Positions 56,501 through 64,000 of a stretch of DNA of 64,000 nt are shown here, piece by piece (positions within the stretch are counted from its first letter, which is position 1; every line of letters begins with the position of its first letter). The stretch is from Bacteroidales bacterium (GTDB lineage: Bacteria; Bacteroidota; Bacteroidia; Bacteroidales; UBA932). The translations under genes were made by a program, and so were the position numbers. The notes below the pieces were generated by a model that saw only the letters and a program-made list of their open reading frames with translations, ran no database searches and had not been told where the DNA came from. The stretch spans positions 8,848-72,847 of the forward strand of contig JAKSJK010000001.1 of assembly GCA_024398095.1 (NCBI GenBank), written 5' to 3'.

Positions 56501-59500
56501 CTACATATTCTTGCCGTGGCAGTTCTTGAACTTGAGTCCAGAACCGCATGGGCATGGATCGTTTCGGCCGACCTGCTTCTGCACATGTACAGGCATGCGG
56601 CTCTTAGGCTCGCCGCCGTTGGTCACCATATCGGTGCGGCTGGTGGTCATGTTGCTCATGTCCATCTTCTTCTGCTCTGCGGCACGTGGAGCCGGCTGGT
56701 CTACACGCAGGTAGAGCTGCGCACGGAGAAGGAAGGAGATGATATCCTTGCTCAGGGTCTCGAGCATGGTGTTGAAGAGGTTGTAGCTCTCGAACTTATA
56801 GATGAGGATAGGATCCTTCTGCTCGTAGGTGGCGTTCTGTACGGACTGTTTGAGGTCGTCCATCTCGCGGAGATGCTCCTTCCAGTGCTCGTCGATCTGG
56901 TGGAGGGTGATGGACTTGGAGATTGCGCGGGCGATCTCCTTGCCCTCAGACTCGTAGGCCTGCTTGAGCGGGATGCTGATCTGAGCCACCTTGATACCGT
57001 CGGAGATAGGAATGAGGATGTTCTGGTAGATTGCACCCTGCTTCTCGAAAACGTCCTTGATCACAGGATAGGTCCTCTCTGCGAGAGCGTCCATCCTGCG
57101 CTTGTACACATCGAGCATATTGTCGAAGAGGGCCTTCGCGATGGCCGGGGTCTTTGAGTCCTCGAAGAAAGCCTCATCGAATCCGAGGTCGATAGAGAGC
57201 GAGCTCATCACATACTCGGCGAATGAAGCGTAATCGTAGTTCTCAGCAGCCTCGGCCATGATCTGTGCGAGGTCCTGCATCATGTTGAGGACATCGATCT
57301 CGACTCTCTCGCCGGAGAGAGCATTGCGGCGCTTGGTGTAGATAACCTCACGCTGTGAGTTCATAACATCGTCGTACTCGAGCAGTCTCTTACGGATGCC
57401 GAAGTTGTTCTCCTCAACCTTGCGCTGAGCCTTCTCGATTGCGCCTGAGAGCATTGAGCTCTCGAGAGCCTCGTCGTCCTGCATGCCGAGTTTGTCGACT
57501 ACAGAGGCGATTCTCTCCGAGCCGAAGAGGCGCATAAGCTTATCCTCGAGGGAGATGTAGAAGGTTGAAGAACCCGGGTCACCCTGACGTCCTGCACGGC
57601 CGCGGAGCTGACGGTCCACACGGCGTGAATCGTGGCGTTCAGTACCGATGATTGCAAGACCACCTGCCATCTTCACATCCTCGGAGAGCTTGATATCGGT
57701 ACCACGGCCGGCCATGTTGGTGGCGATGGTAACGGTACCGGTCTGACCAGCGTGTGCGACAACCTGCGCCTCCTGGGCATGCTTCTTGGCGTTGAGGACC
57801 TGGTGGTCGATGCCGCGGATGCGGAGCATACGGCTGAGGAGCTCGGAAGTCTCCACATCGGTGGTACCCACGAGGACAGGCCTGCCCTCTTTGCGGAGTT
57901 CCACGATCTTTGCGATGACAGCCTCGTACTTGGCCTTCTTGGTCTTGTAGATGAGGTCGTCGTTATCTATGCGGGCGATCGGCTTGTTGGTAGGGATGAC
58001 GATGACGTCGAGCTTGTAGATGGACCAGAACTCGCCTGCCTCCGTCTCCGCCGTACCGGTCATGCCGGCCAGCTTGTGGTACATACGGAAGTAGTTCTGG
58101 AGTGTGATGGTCGCGAAAGTCTGGGTTGCAGCCTCCACCTTCACGTTCTCCTTTGCTTCGACAGCCTGGTGGAGACCGTCGCTCCAGCGGCGTCCCTCCA
58201 TGATACGGCCGGTCTGCTCGTCCACGATCTTGACCTTGTTGTCGTCGATGACGTAGTCCACGTCCTTCTCGAACATCGCGTATGCCTTGAGGAGCTGGTT
58301 CACGGTGTGGATGCGCTCGCTCTTGATTGCATAGTCGGCCATGATCTCGTCCTTCTTGGCTGTCTTCTCGGCCGGAGTAAGGTCCATATGCTCGAGTTCG
58401 GCCACCTTGGAGCCTGCGTCAGGCAGGATGAAGAAGTCAGGATCTTCGACGGCGCTGGCAAGTTTCTCGTTGCCGAGGTCGGTCATATCCACTGAGTGCT
58501 GCTTCTCGTTGATGACGAAGTAGAGCGGGTCGGTGACGATGTGCATCTCCCTCTCGTTGTCCTGCATGTAGTAGTTCTCGGACTTCTGGAGAAGCACCTT
58601 GATACCAGGCTCGGAGAGATACTTGATGATAGGCTTGTACTTCGGCAGGCCCTTGTATGCACGCAGAAGCAGTGTACCGCCATCCTTCTCATTACCCGCA
58701 GCGATGAGCTTCTTGGCATCGTTGAGAATGCCGGTCACGAGGCTGCGCTGAGCGAGATAGAGTTTCTCGACATAGTCCTTGTACTCGAGGAATTTCTGGT
58801 CGTCGCCCTTGGCAACAGGACCGGAGATGATCAACGGAGTACGGGCGTCGTCGATGAGCACTGAGTCGGCCTCGTCGACGATTGCATAATGGAGCTTGCG
58901 CTGCACGAGGTCCTGCTGGCGGGTGGCCATGTTGTCGCGCAGGTAGTCGAAACCGAATTCGTTGTTGGTACCGAAGGTGATGTCGCAGGCGTAGGCTTTG
59001 CGGCGTGCGTCGGAGTTTGGCTCATGCTTGTCGATGCAGTCCACAGAAAGGCCGTGGAACATGTAGAGAGGGCCCATCCATTCGCTGTCTCGTTTTGCGA
59101 GGTAGTCGTTGACGGTCACCACATGCACACCCTTGCCGGCAAGTGCATTGAGGAATACAGGCAGGGTTGCCACGAGGGTCTTTCCCTCACCGGTAGCCAT
59201 CTCCGCGATGTTTCCTTCCCTTTCACGTTCGCCAGCCTTCTTGGCAGGGTTCTTCTTGCTGTAGGTCAGGACGGCACCGCCGAAGAGCTGGCAGTCGTAG
59301 TGCACCATGTCCCAGGTGATCTCATTGCCGCCTGCATACCATTTGTTGTGCCAGATGGCCTTGTCACCGTCCAGGGTGATGAAGTCGTCGTGGGTTACCG
59401 CGAGTTCACGGTCGAAGTCGCTGGCGGTCACCTCGATGTTTTCGTTCTGGGCGAACCTGCGCGCGGTTGACTTCATGATCGCGAATGCCACCGGCATGAT

Positions 59501-59818
59501 TTCGTCGAGGATTTCCTCGATCTGGTCGTCGATTGCCTTTACCAGTTTGTCAGATTCTCCTGCGAGCTTTTCTTTCTCGTCCACCGCGATGTTTGTCGCG
59601 AGGAGCTGGGAGATTTCTGCCACGCGGGCTTCCTTGTCTGCTGTCCTGTCTTTTATGATCTGGCGGAGTTCCGCTGATTTTGCGCGGAGTCCGTCATTTG
59701 AGAGCGCATCGATTTCCTTGTAGGCTTCGAGTGCCTTTTTCACTGCTGGCTGGAACTTCTTTGCGTCCCTATCGGCCTTTGAGCCGAAAAGTGCTTTGAA
59801 TATGTTTGCTGTGTTCAT
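56501..59818 (-). CDS. secA: Preprotein translocase subunit SecA
   Basis: [77 protein letters not shown]; start at ATG 59818. Confidence 0.98.
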   Translation of the reverse strand: MNTANIFKALFGSKADRDAKKFQPAVKKALEAYKEIDALSNDGLRAKSAELRQIIKDRTADKEARVAEISQLLATNIAVDEKEKLAGESDKLVKAIDDQIEEILDEIMPVAFAIMKSTARRFAQNENIEVTASDFDRELAVTHDDFITLDGDKAIWHNKWYAGGNEITWDMVHYDCQLFGGAVLTYSKKNPAKKAGEREREGNIAEMATGEGKTLVATLPVFLNALAGKGVHVVTVNDYLAKRDSEWMGPLYMFHGLSVDCIDKHEPNSDARRKAYACDITFGTNNEFGFDYLRDNMATRQQDLVQRKLHYAIVDEADSVLIDDARTPLIISGPVAKGDDQKFLEYKDYVEKLYLAQRSLVTGILNDAKKLIAAGNEKDGGTLLLRAYKGLPKYKPIIKYLSEPGIKVLLQKSENYYMQDNEREMHIVTDPLYFVINEKQHSVDMTDLGNEKLASAVEDPDFFILPDAGSKVAELEHMDLTPAEKTAKKDEIMADYAIKSERIHTVNQLLKAYAMFEKDVDYVIDDNKVKIVDEQTGRIMEGRRWSDGLHQAVEAKENVKVEAATQTFATITLQNYFRMYHKLAGMTGTAETEAGEFWSIYKLDVIVIPTNKPIARIDNDDLIYKTKKAKYEAVIAKIVELRKEGRPVLVGTTDVETSELLSRMLRIRGIDHQVLNAKKHAQEAQVVAHAGQTGTVTIATNMAGRGTDIKLSEDVKMAGGLAIIGTERHDSRRVDRQLRGRAGRQGDPGSSTFYISLEDKLMRLFGSERIASVVDKLGMQDDEALESSMLSGAIEKAQRKVEENNFGIRKRLLEYDDVMNSQREVIYTKRRNALSGERVEIDVLNMMQDLAQIMAEAAENYDYASFAEYVMSSLSIDLGFDEAFFEDSKTPAIAKALFDNMLDVYKRRMDALAERTYPVIKDVFEKQGAIYQNILIPISDGIKVAQISIPLKQAYESEGKEIARAISKSITLHQIDEHWKEHLREMDDLKQSVQNATYEQKDPILIYKFESYNLFNTMLETLSKDIISFLLRAQLYLRVDQPAPRAAEQKKMDMSNMTTSRTDMVTNGGEPKSRMPVHVQKQVGRNDPCPCGSGLKFKNCHGKNM

Positions 59819-59868
59819 AATTCTAAGTTTCAATTGCACGCGTGTATGCACACATACACACGGAAACG

Positions 59869-59916
59869 CAAAGATAGCAAATCTTTCCCAATTTTTATAG
59901 ATTTTGGCTATCTTTG
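59869..59916. promoter_or_regulatory. Back-to-back -7 elements (TATCTTTG) for secA (59869..59876, minus) and recG (59909..59916, plus)
   Basis: Identical TAnnTTTG octamers on opposite strands in the divergent gap. Confidence 0.7.
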
Positions 59917-59920
59917 TGAT

Positions 59921-62083
59921 ATGTCAGAACTGGATACGGCGATACAGTACCTGCCGGGAGTCGGTCCGAAGAGGGCGGCTCTGCTGAGCAGTGAGCTGGG
60001 GGTGAACACCTTCGGCCAGCTGCTGCGTACCTATCCGTTCCGATACATAGACCGAAGCAGCCTCAGCCGCATCTGTGACATACGCAGCAGCGACGCAGCC
60101 ATACAGCTGAAGGCCACGGTGCAGACGGCCGAGCTCAAAGGCAAAGGCCCGGCGGAGCAGAACGGGAAGCCGGTATTTGCTGGCAAACGCCTGAGCGTGA
60201 TAGTCTCAGACGGCACAGGAGCCGTTGAAATGGTCTTTTTCAAAGGCGTGAAATGGACCTGGGAGAAACTCAAGCCCGGGACTGAATGGATATTCTTCGG
60301 AAAGCCGCAGGAATTCAACGGAAGCTATAATTTCGTACACCCCGAGTTTGATTCGCCGGACAAGGCGGTCAGCCAGGGCAGCGGGCGTCTGACAGGCGTC
60401 TACCCGAGCACCGACAAGCTGAAAAACAGCGGCATAACCGGCAAGGCCATGAACAAGATGATGGCGGCCGCACTCTCCGCCTGCATGCCGGAACTCAACG
60501 AGACCCTGCCCGAATATATCCTCAGGGAAAAAGGCCTCGTGGACCTGCGTACGGCCATCAGAGACATACACTTCCCTGCCAACCAGGATGCACTGGTCAG
60601 AGCCACCAGGCGCCTCAAGTTCGAGGAACTCTTCTACCTGCAGCTGTCGCTCCTCAAGCAGAGATATGTCCGCAGTCACGGCAGCATGGGCATACCTATG
60701 CCGAAGGTCGGGGAAGCCTTCAACAAGTGCTACGAGCAGCTGCCGTTCCCGCTTACCGGAGCGCAGAAAAGAGTGATCCGGGAGATACGCGAAGACCTCA
60801 AGAGCGGCCATCAGATGAACCGCCTGCTCCAGGGCGATGTGGGCAGCGGCAAGACCATGGTGGCGGTGCTTTCGGCACTGATTGCGGTGGGCAACGGCTA
60901 CCAGGCCTGCATTATGGCCCCGACCGAGGTTCTCGCCCAGCAGCACTTCAAGAACATACAGAAATATCTCCGCGGGACGGGCGTCCAGCCGGCCCTGCTG
61001 ACCGGCAGCAGCCGGACTGCTGAAAGACGCGCAATTCACGCCGGACTCGAAGACGGCAGCATAGGCATAATAGTAGGTACGCACGCCCTTCTTGAAGACA
61101 ATGTGATCTTCCACAATCTGGGTCTCGCCCTCATCGACGAGCAGCACCGGTTCGGAGTGGAACAGCGTTCGAAACTCTGGAACAAGAGCCGCGCGGCAGT
61201 GCAGACCGAACACGGCACTGTGATGCTTCCGCCGCATGTGCTGGTGATGACCGCAACACCTATTCCGAGGACCCTCGCCATGACCCTGTACGGCGACCTG
61301 GACGTGTCTGTCATAGACGAGATGCCGCCGGGAAGAAAGCCTGTGCAGACCATGCATGCCACCGACAGCAAACGCCTGGCACTCAATAACTTCATCCGCG
61401 GCCAGATCGGCCTCGGCCGCCAGGTTTTCGTCGTATATCCTTTGATTTTCGAGAATGAGGAACTGGACTACAAGAGCCTTGAGGAAGGCTTCGAAAACAT
61501 AGTCCGCGCCTTCCCTCTCCCGGACTATAAAGTTGCCATCGTACACGGAAAACAGAGCAACGAAGAGAAGAATTTCAACATGACCGCCTTCGCCGAAGGA
61601 CGCGCCAACATTCTCGTGGCCACGACGGTGATCGAGGTGGGTGTAGACGTTCCGAATGCCTCCGTAATGGTCATCGAAAGCGCCGAGAGATTCGGTCTCA
61701 GCCAGCTTCACCAGTTGCGCGGAAGAGTCGGCCGCGGCTGCGAGAAATCCTACTGCATCCTGATGACCGGCAACAAACTCAGCAAGGAGTCAAAGCACCG
61801 CATCGAACTGATGTGCCAGACCGAAAACGGCTTCGAACTGGCCGAGGAAGACATGAAGATGCGCGGTCCCGGAGACATCGAAGGCACCCAGCAGAGCGGC
61901 CTTCCGGTGAGCCTCCAGATTGCGTCCCTAGCCCGCGACGGCATGCTTCTGAACGAGGCCAGGGCCTATGCAGACAAGATTCTCAGCAGCGATCCGGCTC
62001 TCACAGCGCCCCAGAATTCCCTTCTCGTGCAGGAACTGCGCAAGGAGCGCTACAGCGTACGCGATTTCTCAAAGATCAGCTAG
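59921..62083 (+). CDS. recG: ATP-dependent DNA helicase RecG
   Basis: Start at MSELDT; [46 protein letters not shown] motif. Confidence 0.98.
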   Translation: MSELDTAIQYLPGVGPKRAALLSSELGVNTFGQLLRTYPFRYIDRSSLSRICDIRSSDAAIQLKATVQTAELKGKGPAEQNGKPVFAGKRLSVIVSDGTGAVEMVFFKGVKWTWEKLKPGTEWIFFGKPQEFNGSYNFVHPEFDSPDKAVSQGSGRLTGVYPSTDKLKNSGITGKAMNKMMAAALSACMPELNETLPEYILREKGLVDLRTAIRDIHFPANQDALVRATRRLKFEELFYLQLSLLKQRYVRSHGSMGIPMPKVGEAFNKCYEQLPFPLTGAQKRVIREIREDLKSGHQMNRLLQGDVGSGKTMVAVLSALIAVGNGYQACIMAPTEVLAQQHFKNIQKYLRGTGVQPALLTGSSRTAERRAIHAGLEDGSIGIIVGTHALLEDNVIFHNLGLALIDEQHRFGVEQRSKLWNKSRAAVQTEHGTVMLPPHVLVMTATPIPRTLAMTLYGDLDVSVIDEMPPGRKPVQTMHATDSKRLALNNFIRGQIGLGRQVFVVYPLIFENEELDYKSLEEGFENIVRAFPLPDYKVAIVHGKQSNEEKNFNMTAFAEGRANILVATTVIEVGVDVPNASVMVIESAERFGLSQLHQLRGRVGRGCEKSYCILMTGNKLSKESKHRIELMCQTENGFELAEEDMKMRGPGDIEGTQQSGLPVSLQIASLARDGMLLNEARAYADKILSSDPALTAPQNSLLVQELRKERYSVRDFSKIS

Positions 62084-62120
62084 CCAAAGCCTCAATTAGC
62101 CGTCTATCGCAAATATTTAT

Positions 62121-62128
62121 TATATTTG
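62121..62128 (+). promoter_or_regulatory. -7 element (TATATTTG) for pdxA-rnhA
   Basis: TAnnTTTG 27 bp upstream of the pdxA ATG. Confidence 0.6.
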
Positions 62129-62155
62129 TAGGTTAATAATGTAAAACAGACGACT

Positions 62156-63238
62156 ATGGCAAACAAACTTATAGTAGGCATTACCCAGGGAGATGGTAAT
62201 GGTATCGGATACGAAGTCATCATCAAGGCACTCGCCGATGAAAGGGTGCTGGACATGTTTACCCCTGTGATCTACGGATCGTCCAAGATCTTCGGCTTCT
62301 ACAAGAAGCAGATCCACAACATCGAAAACATCAACACGAACGTGATCACCTCCGCAAGGGATGTGCACCAGAAGCGCGTGAACATCGTCAACTGCCTGCC
62401 TGACAATGTATTCGTAGAGCCGGGCCAGCCGACAAGCGAGTCTGCAAAGTCAGCCATGACCGCTCTCAGCCGCGCAGTTGCAGACCTCAAGGCCGGCGAT
62501 ATCGACGTACTCGTGACCGCCCCTATCAACAAGAGGGCCATGGTCAAGGAAGGCTTCGGCTACACCGGTCACACAGAGTACCTCGAAAAGGAATTCGGTG
62601 TGGATGAGGTTGCCATGATCATGGTCAGCGACCAACTCAAGGTGGGAGTTGTAACAGGACACATTTCCCTCAAGGATGTGACCAAGAACATCACCGAGGA
62701 CAAGATTCTCCGCAAGCTCCGCATCATGAAGGCCTCCCTCCAGAGGGACTTCGGCGTGGATTCTCCAAAGATCGCGGTACTCGGCCTCAACCCTCACTGC
62801 GGTGACGGCGGCCTCCTCGGCGAAGAGGAGCAGCAGATCATCCTGCCTGCAGTCCAGAAGGCAAACGAAGAAGGCATCCTCGCCTTCGGTCCATACTCCC
62901 CTGACGGCTTCTTCGGCCTGGGCAACTACGCAAAGTTCGATGCCGTCCTCGCCATGTACCACGACCAGGGTCTCGCTCCTTTCAAGGCTCTCGCATTCGA
63001 GCAGGGCGTCAACTACACCGCCGGCCTCCCTGTAGTCAGGACCTCCCCTGACCACGGCACAGCCTACGACATGGCAGGCCGCGACCTTGCCGACCCACGA
63101 TCGATGATGGCGTCCATCTTCACCGCCATCGACATTTTCAACAACCGCGAGCGCTACGACGACATCCAGGACGGCAAGATGACCATCCAGATGCGCGACA
63201 ATGAAATAAAGCCAAAGAACGGCCGTATCATAGAATAA
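62156..63238 (+). CDS. pdxA: 4-hydroxythreonine-4-phosphate dehydrogenase PdxA family
   Basis: GITQGDGNGIG, TAPINK, GHTEYL, LNPHCG, AMYHDQG, RTSPDHGTA. Confidence 0.95.
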   Translation: MANKLIVGITQGDGNGIGYEVIIKALADERVLDMFTPVIYGSSKIFGFYKKQIHNIENINTNVITSARDVHQKRVNIVNCLPDNVFVEPGQPTSESAKSAMTALSRAVADLKAGDIDVLVTAPINKRAMVKEGFGYTGHTEYLEKEFGVDEVAMIMVSDQLKVGVVTGHISLKDVTKNITEDKILRKLRIMKASLQRDFGVDSPKIAVLGLNPHCGDGGLLGEEEQQIILPAVQKANEEGILAFGPYSPDGFFGLGNYAKFDAVLAMYHDQGLAPFKALAFEQGVNYTAGLPVVRTSPDHGTAYDMAGRDLADPRSMMASIFTAIDIFNNRERYDDIQDGKMTIQMRDNEIKPKNGRIIE

Positions 63239-63750
63239 TGGCAGAACAGAAACCGCCCATCTACCTTTACACTGACGGAGCCTCGAGTGGAAACCCGGGC
63301 CCCGGCGGCTACGGCATAGTAATGCGCTGCGGCAGCTACGAGAAAGAATTCTCCGGCGGCTTCATCCTCACGACCAACAACCGCATGGAACTGCTGGCCG
63401 TAATAACCGGTCTGGAGCAGATCAAGTGGGACAAGGCTACCGTCTATGTGACCAGCGACTCGAAATATGTCGTGGATGCCATCAACAAGGGATGGCTACA
63501 GAGCTGGGTGGTGAAAGGTTTCAAGAAAAAGGCTAACAAAGACCTCTGGATGAGGCTGCTTCCGCTATTGAAAAAGCACGATGTGCAGTTCTTCTGGATC
63601 AAGGGTCACAACGAGCATCCCGAGAACGAGAGGTGCGACAGGCTTGCCGTAAACGCAGGCCAGGGCGCTTTCGAACGCGGTGAGGCCCTCCCGCACGACG
63701 AAGGATACGAAGCGGAACAGGCAGCCGCCAATGCAGATATTCTGATGTAG
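63238..63750 (+). CDS. rnhA: Ribonuclease HI
   Basis: YTDGASSGNPGPGG, TTNNRMEL, DSKYV, WIKGH, NERCD. Confidence 0.97.
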   Translation: MAEQKPPIYLYTDGASSGNPGPGGYGIVMRCGSYEKEFSGGFILTTNNRMELLAVITGLEQIKWDKATVYVTSDSKYVVDAINKGWLQSWVVKGFKKKANKDLWMRLLPLLKKHDVQFFWIKGHNEHPENERCDRLAVNAGQGAFERGEALPHDEGYEAEQAAANADILM

Positions 63751-64000
63751 ATGGTTACAGAACTTCTCGGAAAATATTTCTGGCTGGTCCAGACCCTCAC
63801 GAGGGCCGGGCAGCACGGTATGACCCTGGAAGAGATACAATCCAGGTGGAAGAACCGCTGGAAGGAAGAGTATTCCCGCCGTTCATTCAACAACCACAGG
63901 GCTGCAATCGAAGAATGCTTCGGAATCCGCATCGGCTGCATCAGAGGCAGAAACACCTATTTCATCGAGCAGCAGGACAGAGACGCTGACGCATCTTTCG
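63751..64000 (+). CDS. Probable WYL-domain transcriptional regulator, N-terminal wHTH (partial)
   Basis: Manual translation MVTELLGKYFWLVQTLTRAGQHGMTLEEIQSRW...YSRRSFNNHRAAIEECFGIRI resembles the N-terminus of Bacteroidales WYL proteins. The WYL domain itself would lie beyond the window. Confidence 0.7.
   Translation, partial: MVTELLGKYFWLVQTLTRAGQHGMTLEEIQSRWKNRWKEEYSRRSFNNHRAAIEECFGIRIGCIRGRNTYFIEQQDRDADASF

Overview
Bacteroidales chromosomal window. About 56 kb (1..55909, still open at the left edge) is a single very large polysaccharide utilization locus (PUL), almost entirely on the minus strand. It encodes four SusC/SusD pairs (two in tandem), two SusE-like lipoproteins, a hybrid two-component system (HTCS), a LacI repressor with uxuB/uxuA, two stand-alone GH2s, a GH88, an SGNH esterase on a Pro/Thr stalk and a fimbrillin-like lipoprotein. 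It also has three multi-enzyme fusions (GH2 beta-glucuronidase+GH3; FAD oxidoreductase+GH36-like; GH3/PA14+DUF4832-like) and four paralogous DUF4832-like domains with clan GH-A-like conserved glutamates in two active-site subtypes. The enzyme set suggests (inference) a glucuronate- and glucose-containing, probably acetylated glycan such as a bacterial capsule or EPS. Features absent from the ORF track: a partial SusD at the left edge, a 49-aa YxxP small ORF, a partial WYL regulator, a perfect 16-bp LacI-type operator, a 21-bp-period candidate HTCS motif at a fixed distance from two promoters, TAnnTTTG promoters and two terminators. The last 8 kb are housekeeping genes (bactofilin, secA, recG, pdxA, rnhA). 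No rRNA, tRNA, CRISPR array or mobile element was seen. Family calls come from motif recognition by eye, not from database searches.
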